Shown here: one piece after another, positions 17,440 to 30,963 of the stretch
How positions within the stretch are numbered: position 1 is the stretch's first letter
Layout: the number at the start of each line of letters is the position of its first letter
Origin: Octopus vulgaris
Lineage: Eukaryota
Direction of reading: 5' to 3'
NCBI GenBank assembly: GCA_951406725.2
Contig: OX597823.1
Span: 85,188,001-85,252,000, forward strand
DNA length: 64,000 nt
Notes under the pieces: model-generated
The model's input: the letters and a program-made list of their open reading frames with translations, nothing else
The model's database searches: none
Told to the model about the DNA's origin: nothing
Position numbers and translations under genes: made by a program

Positions 17440-18299
17440 AGTGTATGTGTGTGTGTGTGTTTGTGTGTGTGCATGTGTGTATAATGAAGAAATAAATAGG
17501 ATGATTATTCCCCTATACCCCACAAGAAATTAGCGCTCCAATAGAGCATCAAAAATATAATGCCAAGAGAGAACAAATTTCAGAAGTCAGTTTTAATATT
17601 CACTGAATGAATACTCCACAGCAGACATATGTGCAGTCATATATACAGGATATAATATAAAATTGTATGAATATTTATATATACAAAAATGAATATTTTA
17701 TATGATTTTTAACCTAATATTCCATTGTGCATTTGGATTCCTCTTAAAACACTAATATCTATAGTTTCAGTATCTATTTAAACATGTAAATTTAGCTCAT
17801 ATTATATCAATTATCATTCGTCTGAACACTATGTTCTGATACAGCATTCGAATTTTTAAAATTCCAACAGTTTTCTTGTTGCTTAAAACATGAAATTTTA
17901 AATAACTCTTTTATAAGTCCTCTTAGATTAACTCTGATGAGAGAAATGTAGATGATTGCTCTGGTTGAAATTACCTCGTCCATACCAACCTATATTTACT
18001 TGAAGCGGCCGTCAGACTTTACACATGATGATCAGTCCTCTTAAAAACATTTTATACCAAGAGTTTGATTTTAATGCGGACATACAATCTCGTAAGTACA
18101 TGTATGCCTTTATATATTTATATATTTTTATATTATATCATGTATATATGAGTGCACATATACATGGTGGGAAGTATTCGGAAGCTTCGAAATATATTGA
18201 GTGAATATGAACACTGACATTTGAAATTTGTTCTCTCTTAAGGGCAAAAATACATCAGTTATTAATTAAGAGTACTGCTTGTTAGCACTCTTATTAATA

Positions 18300-18351
<52 letters not shown>

Positions 18352-18794
18352 CATGTATGCAACGTATACGTATAGGCATGTATACAAACACTCGCATATA
18401 ATAAACGTTGTCCCAATAATGAATACAGTCATTGCTTGTAAGAATCTGCAAAGCACAAAAAATACTACATTTTAACCCAATTATCACCAAAATATCTTTT
18501 ACCAATGAAATGCAATGCAAAATCAAGCCATTTCATGTTAGGTACGAACAACTGACTAATCTGAGAAAGATGGCTTTTATTGTAAGATTGTCAGCCATAT
18601 TTCCATTCAGGCGGCAATAATTATTGTTTGCATGTTCTGCCTTCATGTATCCTTGAATGACTAACAAGCTAAACTTTAATCAAAGAAATTTAGTTAGAGG
18701 GGGAGGTTGGGGGAGGTTTAAAATTCGAAAAAACTTTTGGTATTAAAGAAAGATTCCTTTGCTTGCTTCTCACTATAATTGTGCGTACTTAATG

Positions 18795-19600
<806 letters not shown>

Positions 19601-19627
19601 CATGATTTCGAACTTCGTGCTATATGC

Positions 19628-19912
19628 CAGTGGTTCCCAAAGTTGGCAATACAGCTTCCTTGGGGCAGTGGAAATATCCAGATGGGTCGATGTTGAAGAG
19701 GTGTGGAATGATAATGGGGTAGTCAAAATGGTGTGATAGATGTAGAAAAAATATTAATATGTTAATTTGGTCTAAGTTTCATTTGTGAAATACAGTTGTC
19801 TTGAATTGGCTGCAGAAAGTGGTCTATATTTGCGGTGGGGAAGGTGAGGGACACTAGGAATGTGGCTTGCGGGTCAAGGGGGCGGCAGCCTGAAAAGGCT
19901 TGTGAACTGCTG
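19628..19912. mobile_element. hAT (Charlie/MER5-like) MITE
   Basis: Ends cagtggttcccaaa ... cttgtgaactgctg; 8-bp TSD ctatatgc/ctgtatgc. Confidence 0.8.
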
Positions 19913-20029
19913 CTGTATGCAGACCCTCATCACTGAGATAACACCATGCTTAGAAATGGAACAGATGAAATTACTCAGTCTCTCTCCCGGCTAAAAACGC
20001 ATCCAGATCTCACTGAAATCTACAGAAAA

Positions 20030-20098
<69 letters not shown>

Positions 20099-20103
<5 letters not shown>

Positions 20104-20374
20104 TTCACGAAAAAAAAAACAAAAGACGAAGACAGGTGGTGTACAAAACAAATACATGTATCAGTATAACTCTTAGGAATTGAGAATGTCTATTAAGTTT
20201 CGACCCTACGCTCTTCTACAGAAAGGGACAAAGAAAAAAACAAGGAGAGAAAAAAATGTGTGTAGTGGCTACCGATCTATCATTGCGACTGCGACTTTCT
20301 ATCTCCCCTTTACGGATTTTCCTTCGGACATTTACCCTCCTGCTGCACCTCTCCTACCTCCGGATCACTGTGAA

Positions 20375-20417
<43 letters not shown>

Positions 20418-20595
20418 AATATATATATATACACATTTTTTCTCTCCTTCTTTTTTCTGTGTCCCTTTCTGTAGAAAAGCGTAGGCTCGAAACGTAAAAG
20501 ACTTTTTCTATTCCTGAGCGTTATACTAATATACTAATACATCTGTTCGCTTTGTACACCACCTGTCTTCGTCTTTTGTTTTTTTCGTTAACTCT

Positions 20596-20598
<3 letters not shown>
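20099..20598. mobile_element. Inverted pair of a ~165-bp PLE-end-like repeat (arms 20099-20264 and 20430-20598)
   Basis: Arms are reverse complements (gagagttcacgaaaaa..caaaagacgaagacaggtggtgtacaaa..); further copies at 25970-26140 and 29014-29210; carries a hammerhead-like motif. Confidence 0.75.
20461..20502 (+). ncRNA. Minimal type I hammerhead-ribozyme-like motif, A6U core variant
   Basis: GUC(CC)UUU-CUGUAGA-A-(A/G)AGC-GUAG-GCUC-GAAAC-GUA-AAAGAC: stem I, stem II and loopless palindromic stem III (ACGU). Activity unproven. Confidence 0.5.
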
Positions 20599-20641
<43 letters not shown>

Positions 20642-20650
20642 CGCACACGG

Positions 20651-21046
20651 GTGTGTATGTTCTACCTGAGAGGTTCCTGCTGGCACGGAAAGGAAGGTGC
20701 AGGCTGCCGCTTTGCACATCGGGGACCCTGCCACAGAGACACGAGGCAGATGGACAAACCATCAACACAAAGAAAAGGGATGGACCACGCACCACCTGCC
20801 CCAAAGCGGAGGTACGCAGATGTTGTGCGCGCCACAAACAGCCAACATGATGTTGTCGAAAGAGCAGCTGCTGAGCAACAATCTTTTTTGTGCATGGCAC
20901 AAAAGATTGTACAGCAGCTGACCTGGCTTCATCAAACCCAAGCCCGCAGGTGGGACTACCCACTATATACCAGACCACCACAGCAAACAGACACAGGATG
21001 GACACCGCCGGCAACAACGTACACCTCACCTCGATACTCCTACTGA
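20651..21046 (+). CDS. LINE ORF1 C-terminal part with CCCH-type zinc finger (partial)
   Basis: CMFYLRGSCWHGKEGAGCRFAH; overlaps the start of ORF2 in the -1 frame. Confidence 0.7.
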   Translation: MCMFYLRGSCWHGKEGAGCRFAHRGPCHRDTRQMDKPSTQRKGMDHAPPAPKRRYADVVRATNSQHDVVERAAAEQQSFLCMAQKIVQQLTWLHQTQARRWDYPLYTRPPQQTDTGWTPPATTYTSPRYSY

Positions 21047-23954
21047 ACATCAGAGGACTGCAAACACTCAGTAACAGGACAAAGATCCCGTTCCTGAGAG
21101 ACTTTGTTGCATGCAATCAAGCCTTATGCATAGCACTTACAGAAACGCACCTGAAACCGGACATAGCAGATGCGGAGTTACACATACCACAGTATGCTGT
21201 ACTACGGACCGACAGGAAAGAAAGGAGTCATGGAGGTGTTGCTATGTACATCCGTGAGGACCTCACACCCCAGGTCCTCTTGTCATACTCAAACTCGGTG
21301 TGTGACACACTAATTGTACATATTAGGCAACTTGATGTAGTTGTGTGTGCTACATATCGCCCTCCAGATGCCCCAAGCCATGTGGGCAAGTTTGAAGACT
21401 GCCTTATAAAAATAGAAGAAATTCTAACCACATTAGAACAACACATAGGTGTGCTTCTTATGGGAGACTTCAATCTGCCCAATGTCAGATGGCCCGAGGG
21501 CCTTTCTCTCCCAGGAATGACAAGATGTGAACGAGGACAGGCGAGGTCTCTCCTGAACCTCATCAACACCCTGTACATGGAGCAGGTAATACTCCAACCA
21601 ACCAGGGCAGGTAACACACTGGATCTCTGCTTCACAAATGACATGGATCTCATCCATAATGTGAAAGTGACACCGACACTACTCTCGGATCACAACATGA
21701 TAGAGCTGACCATGTACGGGCCAAAAGAGAGCACGGACATGCAGCCTACAAGAAACCCTCAAAATCTTTCCAGCTTGAACTACCATAAGGCAAACTGGAA
21801 ACAAATTGAGAAAGAGATCCTCAAACAAAACTGGCCTAAATGTCTCTCCTCGCCAGACATCGACGTGAAACTTCAACAATTCATGTCTGTAATGCAAGCC
21901 ATATGCTACAAATGTGTCCCAGAGAGAAAGGCCACTGTACACAAGAACAAAATCCCCAGAGAGAGGAAAATTTTAATGAGACGGCGTACGAAATTTTCAA
22001 ATCGCCTAAACAAACAGATTGAAAGCAGTGAAAAGTCCCGCCTAAAAATAAAACTGTTGGAAATCGAAAAATGTCTGCAACTCTCCCATGAAAAAGAAAG
22101 AGCAGACAAAGAAGCCTGGGCTATAGAAAACATAAAATCTAACCCCAGAGCTTTCTACAGGTATGCCAAAGAAACAGCTACAGTGCACTGTAGAATAGGG
22201 CCACTCCTCGAAAAGGATGGCACACTTACAGGAAAACCAATGAGGGTAAGTGAAATACTGAATGAGCAATTCAAGAGTGTTTTCACTCCACCCCTTGGGC
22301 ATCTCCAAATCACCAATCCAACTGACTTTTTTACCACTGCAGATATAAAATCAGAGGCGGCGACGATAGATTACATCGATATAAAGGAAGACGATGTAAC
22401 CAAGGCTATAGATGAAATGAAAACAGACTCAGCTACTGGCCCCGATGGATTCCCGGCAATCCTCCTAAAAGCATGTAAGAGAGTCCTAGCAAGACCACTG
22501 CAGTTCCTCTTTCAGAGCTTCCTTGCAGCTGGCAAACTTCCAGGAAAACTGAAGGAAGGTAAAATATGCCCCATTCATAAAGGAGGTAGCAGAGCGGAAG
22601 CCAAGAACTATAGACCTATCTCTCTGACCTCACACATCAGCAAGGTCATGGAACGAATAGTCAGAAGGAAGCTGATCACCTTCCTTGAAGAGAATGACTT
22701 GCTGCCCGACACCCAACATGGTTTCCGACCAGGAGAAGCTGTTTAACTCAGCTCCTACAACACTATGACTGGGTGCTGAAACGGCTGCTCAACCACTCAA
22801 ATGTGGAAGTGATATATCTCGACTTTGCAAAGGCCTTTGATAAAGTCGATCATGGAATGATATGTCACAAACTGCGTGATCTCAACATAGTTGGAAAACT
22901 GGGAGAATGGCTTCATGACTTTCTGAAGGATAGAAGTCAGGTGGTAGTAGCCAATGGGGCCACCTCCATTAACACACAAATAGTGAGCGGTGTTCCGCAG
23001 GGCACTGTTCTGGGACCACTACTGTTCATAATGGCCCTCTCAGACATGCCCTCAGCCACGCAGAGAGCCACGATCACAAGTTATGCAGATGATACAAAAG
23101 TTTCACAGGCAATACGGAACCCTGAGGACACTAAACACCTGCAATGTGAGCTGGACGAAATATACAAGTGGGCTGAAAAGAATAGCATGCAGTTCAATGC
23201 TGGAAAGTTTCAAGCTTTATACTATCAGCATGCAAAACTGAATGCAATACCCAATGAATACACTGGACCCGGAGGGATTGCAATCCCAGAGGCACAATCA
23301 GTGCGTGACCTGGGTATTCACATGAGTGATGACGCGACCTTTCATGTACATGTTGTTAAACTGACAATGAAATGTAGACGGCTGGCTGGATGGATTCTTA
23401 GAACCTTTAGAACAAGAGAACAAGAAACCATGATGGTCCTCTGGAAGACACTTGTCCTAAGCCACTTTGACTATTGCTCTCAGCTATGGTCACCATCCAG
23501 TGTCAAGTTGATCACAGAACTTGAGGCGATCCAACGAAGCTACACAAAGAAGATAGCCTCTATGCAGAATGTAAGCTACTGGGAAAGACTCAAGAGATTA
23601 AAATTATATTCCCTGGAGCGTAGGCGGGAAAGATATGCCATAATATACATCTGGAAGATCCTGGAGGGAAGTGTCCTGAACTTTGGCATCGAGAGTTACG
23701 CAAATGCCAGAACTGGGCGCCACTGCGTGGTGCCTAGGACTCCAAACCTGCCATCAAGATGTAGGACAAGATTCTGTGATAGCCTGGGCTTCCGAGGCCC
23801 ACAGCTCTTCAATATCCTCCCGAAGAACCTGAGAGACCTGCATGGGGTGGATACAGATGTCTTTAAAATGATGGATCTCTTCCTGTCAGGTGTCCCAATG
23901 AACCAACTGGCAGGAGGGGCTGAGGGCAGCTGCATCCAAGTAGCAACCAAGTAG
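20998..23954 (+). pseudogene. LINE ORF2 (AP endonuclease + reverse transcriptase) with one frameshift near 22733 and small C-terminal deletions
   Basis: LNIRGL, LTETHL, MGDFNLP, TLDLCF, SDHN (APE); YRPISLTS, QHGFRPG/RSCLTQL, YLDFAKAFDKV, SGVPQGTVLGP, YADDTK (RT); CR1-type YWERLKRLKLYSLERRRER. Confidence 0.93.
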
Positions 23955-24739
23955 CAACACAAAATGGCGGTGCCCCAGCATGGCCACAGCTCATAAGCTG
24001 AAACTAGAATCAATCAATCAATCAATCATATATATATATATATGAGCCTATGCTCTCAGAGGTAGATTTCTTCTGAATAACGACTTAATATGGAAATAGC
24101 AGCTAATATAATTACCCTGTATGCTATTTAACGTGAGCCGCTGAATATCGCAACAAGTCATTAAACGATGACGAGACTATCATTAGAAAGTTCTGTCTCT
24201 CGCGACTCTTCTCAGCACTTCTCCTTCCGGTTTTTTTAGCTGAAGAGTTGAAAGACTTTCTGAAACTCGTGCATCCTGAAGTCTGGTTAGTTGGCGCTCT
24301 CAAATGTCTCGGGGAATTTGCACCTATATATCTACAGCGAGAAATTTCCTCCATGATAAAATACAGTGAACGTCTCTCTGACACATTTGAATACGACTCA
24401 AACTGGTAACAAATTTGTATATCTACACAGCATTGCTTAGCGCTGTCACTCTGTATTTTATTTAGTTTAACATAAGAAAGTCTACTCCCGTCTTTACAAA
24501 CAAAGGGAGCATCCGTAAACCATTTTCCTTGACTCAATTCCGAAATTAATAAGTCTCTTATAATTAGTAAAATAAGAAGATAGCTTTGTTATCTTTTCAT
24601 GAGATATAGCAGGTGTGTTGATTTTACACAACGTTTCCGAGAAGGATAGATCGTCGGTTATTTCTGAAAGATAGGGCGTTTATCCAAATGTCGTTGTTTG
24701 GTGTAAGCTGTTTTGTTAGCCTTATACATATAGCTTCTT

Positions 24740-25050
24740 GGCTTCATGCTCTTGCTTGATGGGGTTATTCCAAGTTAGTAGTCGCAGAGGCGTCACCAAC
24801 GTAGAGCCAACCAGGTACAGCAGTGCTCCCCAACGCTGGTGGTCCCGTGTCTGCCAGCTCCTCTGCATGCTTGAAGGTGACGTCGAGCCTGGAAATCTTC
24901 TTCAATCACGTCCAGCCATCTGGTGCGGGGCCTACCAAGAGACCTCTTCCAGCCTGCAGCAGCTGCATCGAATCAAAGTAAAGCCCTAGTAGACTGAACT
25001 ATCGAGAGACGGAGGGCATGTTCATTACAGCACATGCGACAGATGGCCAT
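24740..25050 (-). mobile_element. RTE-clade LINE 3' fragment
   Basis: Minus strand translates to AAGWKRSLGRPRTRWLDVIEEDF...RWGALL, the typical RTE C-terminus. Confidence 0.8.
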
Positions 25051-25363
25051 GAAATGGAAGACTGCGCCGGCAATGGATATTCTGTTGAACTCAACGTTAT
25101 TCTTTTTCATTCAAATTGTTCATTGCTCTACCTGGACACATTCCAATCGATTACTCTTTTTCTCCACAATTCTATCTTTCATACTATATTTCAACTCTTG
25201 TCTTCTTTCTTCGTTTCTCCTACAGCTCGCTTTGCTATATAGGTTCCTAACTGAATGTCTTTTTACACAGACTGACTCTGTTGAAAGACATTGATAACAC
25301 AAACAGTAAATATTGTCGCCGCTCTTCATGGCTTATTTAACATTCGTCAATGTCTTCCGACTT

Positions 25364-25467
<104 letters not shown>

Positions 25468-25969
25468 TGATATAGTCGGCCTGCTTACTGAATGCCTTCG
25501 TAACTGATCAACTGGATCGGAAGCCTGTATTTAAATATGGGTCTCTCACAAACCAACTGAAGTGTTACAAGTCAATGCTTCTTAAATATGTCGATTTCCT
25601 TGTATGACGGAAAAACGTATTCTCTCAATAAGTGTATTCATCAGATCCATATGCCGCCATTTTGTACCCGTACATTCACACAGAGATATACAGCAACTAT
25701 ACACATTCATACACACATACACAGGGGCACAAAACGCTCATGTGCACAAACATATGTACGCATATCAATGAGATCTCCAGAATGATCAGCCCACTTTTTC
25801 TTTTATTCCTCTATTCTTTTACTTGTTTCAATCATATAACTGCGGTCATGCTGGAGCAGAGCATTTAATCAAAGAAATCGATCCGGTGTCTTATTCTTTG
25901 TAAGGCTAGTATTTATTTTCTCGGTATGTTTAGCCGAACCACTAGGTTACGGGAACGTAAACACACTAA

Positions 25970-26140
25970 CAAAAGACGAAGACAGGTGATGTTGACAACA
26001 AACGGATGTATTAGTATAACGCTCGGGAAGTGAAAAAGTCTTTAACGTTTCAAGCCAACGCTCTTCCACAGAAAGGAACACAGAAGGAAACAAGGAGAGA
26101 AAATAAAGAATGCGCAGTGGCTAGCGATCAATCATGGCGA
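25970..26140 (-). mobile_element. Copy of the PLE-end-like repeat with hammerhead-like motif
   Basis: Minus strand reads ctgtgga-a-gagc-gttg-gctt-gaaac-gtt-aaagac; homologous to 20430-20598. Confidence 0.7.
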
Positions 26141-26157
26141 TCTATATATATATATCA

Positions 26158-26412
26158 CCATGATCCCCGTGACCGACCAGACTATCAGATGTTGCTACAC
26201 ATCGCTGGTCACAAGGCGCTTTGCATTGTTTTAGCCTTCAAATGACGCCACCCCGCTGGCTAAGCGAGCAGGACAACAGAAGAAAGAGTGAGAGAAAGTT
26301 GTGGCGAAAGGGTACAGCATGGATCACCACCACCCCATGCCGGAGTCTCGTGGAGCTTTAAGTGTTTTCGCCCAATAAACACTCACAACGCCCGGTCTGG
26401 GAATCGAAACCG
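26158..26412 (-). mobile_element. tRNA-derived SINE, family C, tail variant 2 (5'-truncated)
   Basis: B box ggtttcgattccc; about 125 bp nearly identical to 46084-46206, then an unrelated tail. Confidence 0.85.
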
Positions 26413-26632
26413 TGTGTGTGTATGTATATGGTCATGCGTTCGGTCTTCATTTGTGTATTTATGTATGTGTGTGCTTATCTGTCGATATTAACTATGTAAC
26501 TATCTATTTGTTTATCTACCTATTTACTTACATATCCATTTACATACACACACCGATGTCTATATATATATATATATATATACATCTACACAACAACCTA
26601 CTAACAACCCTATCTATGTGTGAACAACATAT

Positions 26633-27900
26633 TTAGAAGCTATGAGTTTCACGTAATAGGAGCGTCAATCTGTTGTTCACAGTCTCTAACCAAAGTTGAG
26701 TATCAAGGACAAGGAGCCTCTTCTTATGGTGTATTGTGGGGTAATCTATATTTACCTTGATGCTTTGGTGGATAGTGTCAGCTATGTGCTGGATGCTCTC
26801 CATTATGCTCCCTTCAATTTCCACATTATAGTTACTAGAGTTTGTCCTAACTACAATATTAATGTCAGTACATACCTACATTAAAGGAAAACAAGTTGTG
26901 TATTGTTCTGTTAAGGATTGTTTAAGTTTTCTGTCTCAGCAAGTCATGAAGAGGTCGTCCCATCTCCAGCCACACCGACACCATTGGCTGCACCTTGAAC
27001 CTGCATATATAGTTTTCTGTTCAACTTTACTTTGTAGTTCTTCAAAGTGGTTCTTATGCTAGCCCCTATTACATGTGCAATTATTCTTTTCACTTGACTG
27101 CTGTTCTGAGGGTCCTGGATAAGTATAGTCCAGCCCACACCAACGCTTTGCGATGCTTTTCTTTACTGTTGAGGTGATGGTGGTTGCTCTTCCCCTCTGT
27201 GACCTACAGGGGCAGAATCTAGTAAGGTCATGATTGTCTAGGTAGTTACAGTCATAGCTTAGTTTAAGGAGGAGACCCAATTCCCTCGTGTTGACTTCAC
27301 GGAACTCTACTTCACTCTCACAGATAATCTCAATGCATTTTTCAACATCAAAATCTATGTCTATAGACGGGTAGAGTGGAACTGCATCCATACTACCCAG
27401 TACACAACCTGTAAGGTCGTTGGAGTGGTTGCAACCCCTAAGGAGATCCTCTGCGCTCGCACAGACATCTGGGGACATTTCAATGAGCGGTCGTAACACC
27501 GAGAGGAAATAGGATAGTCTACAATTGCTGGAGATATTCGCTCCACAAAGTGGTCATGTTGGGGACCCCATAACAGGGATTACGTTGGGTTTGTGGTCTT
27601 AACGTAACTCGTTATGGAATGCTTGGAAATTTTGTGATGACCGTTTCTTAGGTTGGAGTATGCTGCACCACATTCCCGTGTGTGCATTGAGGAGCCTTTC
27701 CACTCATTTATGTTCCTATGGTGTAAATTCTCTCATGCTACTTATGTGTTTTTGTATAGTTCTGTGGGCTGTCTATCGACAGTCTGCTAGACTTGTCCAT
27801 AAGGATGTCGCCTTTCTTAACTCTAACATCCATGCAGAGCATATACGGAAACCAGGTGTCTTCTTCTCTGCGCTACAAGCTGCAATCTTTATCTGTAGTC
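26633..27900 (-). pseudogene. Penelope-like element reverse transcriptase, decayed
   Basis: PLCGANISSNCRLS, VLGSMDAVPLYPSID (motif A), KLYMQVQGAANGVGVAGD (motif B), frameshifted YV-DINIV (motif C), IHQSIKVNIDYP..LLVLDTQLW. Confidence 0.85.
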
Positions 27901-28699
27901 CACTAGCAATGTTTAAGCAAACTTTCGTTTTCAAATTTCACACTGAAAGATGGGCTTTATACATATCGACATTCCATTGACCATGAGTCTCTCTTCCTTC
28001 TCTCAACTAGATATCATGAATTAAAGCATCTAGTTACTTTGTCTCAAATTTTTCTTTCCCACTTATTTTCATATGTACTTAATTCTTTTAACTCCCTTCA
28101 ACTTCTCTTGTCACCAACGACACTTCGACCGTATTGCTTTTAGCATAGGCGATCTCTGTCACCTTAAACTTCTCGCGGAAGTCTTCGTTCTTTATGATTT
28201 AATAATTCCTATTCTTCTTCGTTCTCATACTCATTCCAGAATGAAATCACTGATGCATAAATGTGATTGCTTTGCGATCCTCAACTCAACACATTGAGTT
28301 TCGTACAAGAGAACTAAAACTCTATCCATTATATATGTCTCTAGATATACCATTTCGTAAGACCACGGCTTAACCATGACTGTCAACAACACACATATTC
28401 ACTAAACAAAAGCCTTACTTCCTGGACCATATAGTACACTATGTCATCTCTAACTTAAGGAATCAAACATACAGGTGACTGAAAACCTTCACATAGACAT
28501 GTCCCTATACATCACACACACAAGAAAAGCCCATAGTCCGCGGTTGATCGCGAGTTGTCGAGGGCGTAATGATTATATATCTTTTAACAGTATATTGAAA
28601 CACTGCATATTCCAAGATAATATTAATACAGCAAACTCTACGTTTATTAATAACAGCATACGACTGGGATCTTCAAAATTGCCCCAAATCCTAAGCCTC

Positions 28700-28749
28700 T
28701 TTGCCACTGAAGAACTCTCATGAAGAACGTACATCAGAAACGTAGCAAA
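28700..28749 (+). ncRNA. Degenerate hammerhead-like motif beside the PLE RT
   Basis: tttgcca-CTGAAGA-...-GAAACG-tagcaaa; stem I arms complementary; stem II and cleavage triplet imperfect. Confidence 0.35.
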
Positions 28750-28957
28750 AATACATCTGAAAGTCGTACTATTTTATACTCGATTTATCCACGAGCAAAG
28801 AGGTTATATAGTTATATATCATTTCAATCATTCGACTGCGGCTATGCTGGGGCTCTGGCTCAGAAAGTTTAGTCTGAGCAAATGAACCCAAATACATATC
28901 CTGGAGTATAAGTGAGTCGTTAGTGCATAGCCTCTCTCTCTCTCTCTCTCTCTCCCT

Positions 28958-29013
<56 letters not shown>

Positions 29014-29017
<4 letters not shown>

Positions 29018-29210
29018 AGAGTTCACGAAATAAAAACAAAACACGAAGACAGGTGGTGTACAAAACAAATAGATGTATTAGTATAACGCTCAGGAATAGA
29101 AGTCTTTCACGTTTCACGCCTACGCTCTTCTACAGAAAAGGACACAGGAAAAAACAAGGAGAGAAAAAATATGTGTGTAGTGGCTACCGATCTATCATGG
29201 CGACTGCCGG
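29014..29210 (-). mobile_element. Copy of the PLE-end-like repeat with hammerhead-like motif
   Basis: Near-colinear with 20099-20290; minus strand reads ctgtaga-a-gagc-gtag-gcgt-gaaac-gtg-aaagac. Confidence 0.75.
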
Positions 29211-29218
29211 AGAGAAGG

Positions 29219-29263
<45 letters not shown>

Positions 29264-30285
29264 TTTCTATGTGTGTGTGTACGTGTATATAGACAAGTGT
29301 GTGGGCGTGTGTGCACAGTAATCTGTGTGCTCTAGTGTGTGTATGTATAAAGTATATGCATTCTTTAATATACTTTAGTATGTCACTTCGTTTGCCTTAT
29401 ATTCCATGAAAGCTATAGATGCTCTATAATACGATAGCATATTAATGGTCTATCTATCTTTTCAATGAACTTTGCACAAAAATACAAATTTACCGTACAT
29501 ACATACATTCGTATCTATACACACACACACACATATATATACGCATGCGCTTAAGTTGTAATATATACGTATTGCTTGATTTTGTTTCCAAGTTCTTGTG
29601 TAACTTACGATTTGCGATGCAAACTTCGCCTCATGGGTGAAGTGAAGCGTGCCTTCATTGTTTGCATCTAAGGGAGAATATATTTTCCGTGAATGGCAAC
29701 ATGCAATAATACGGGCATTGAGAAGCGATATTCATTCATCAATCACAATATACAACACTACTATATTAGCTTGCAGGAGCTACACTCTATATGTATTATC
29801 ATTGTCAATAATTCGCAGAATATTTCAGTTGGTAGTATTACATATTCTTCCCTCCCAAAATTTACTTAAAACGTTTATCTTTCATCGGTATTGTAAAAGA
29901 ACAAAAATACGATAGATTCCACAAAAACATCATTGAAAATCATACCTTATGCTACAGTCTGCGTCTTCTACATTTACCAACAAAAGCTAATCAAATTTAT
30001 GAAAATTCTTTTATTCATTAATTCCATTATTCTTATACTTGATTCAGTGATTGGACTCCGGCAATGGGGGTGGTATCGCCGTTAAGAGTTTAGTCGAATA
30101 AATAAATCTATCTCGGTACTAATAGTTTTTTTATTATTTATTTTGTCTGGTGCTTATTCTATGGGCTCTACTTTGGCATACACCAACGTAAAATACCCAC
30201 GCACATTCGTACGTACGTTCATACATACATAAATACATGTATACATACATACATACATACATAAATTTATGCACACTTTCATGCG

Positions 30286-30364
<79 letters not shown>

Positions 30365-30467
30365 TATAAACAAACACATATATATGTATATGGCGGGCTT
30401 CGATACAGTTTCCCTTTACCGAATTCACTCGCAAAAACATATATATATGTGTGTGTGTGTGTATGTC

Positions 30468-30963
30468 TTACAATTAATAAGAGGAATGACCACTAAAGTG
30501 GAATCCTAAACGCTAGAAATAGACGTCAAATCGTCTTACCACAAAGAGTGTTTTCTCAAGTAAAAAAACCCGACGAACACCAATATGTAAGAAATAAAAT
30601 AGATAGACCATTACATTTTGGCGTTTGCGGGGTTATTTTCTTGAGAACACAGTCTTTGTGTTAAGACGATTTGACGTCTATTTCTAGCGTATAGGATTCC
30701 ACTTCAGTGGTCATCCCTCTTATTAATTGTAATACACATACATATATATATATATATACATATGTGTATATATATATATGTATGTGTATTACAATTAATA
30801 AGAGGAATGACCATGGAGGTGGATTCCCATACGCCAGAGATAGACGTCTAATCGCCTTACCACAAAGAGTGTGTTCTCAAGAAAAAAAAACCCAGCAAAC
30901 AGTGGTGACGTCTATTTCTAGCGTATAGGATTCCACTTTAGTGGTCATTCCTCTTATTAATTG
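30468..30963. repeat. Two adjacent foldback units of one ~120-bp repeat
   Basis: Arms 30468-30590/30611-30732 with a 20-nt loop, and 30789-30900/30906-30963. Confidence 0.95.

Larger units (their letters stand above)
20641..24027 (+). mobile_element. CR1-clade non-LTR retrotransposon, 5'-truncated in ORF1, near-intact ORF2
   Basis: ORF1 end, APE and RT domains, short 3' UTR hairpin and (AATC)n tail at 24008-24027; (TA)n on both flanks. Confidence 0.95.

Noticed and set aside
20461-20660. Hammerhead-like motif as the 5' ribozyme of the CR1 LINE
   Set aside because: It belongs to a separate repeat found elsewhere without the LINE, a (TA)n run separates them, and the LINE is truncated inside ORF1.
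22725-22772. Programmed frameshift between the two ORF2 halves
   Set aside because: No slippery heptamer, and the break falls inside a conserved RT motif; a 1-bp deletion or sequencing error explains it.
20598-24013. Antisense and alternate-frame ORFs over the LINE
   Set aside because: Shadow ORFs of a GC-richer coding sequence; no motifs.
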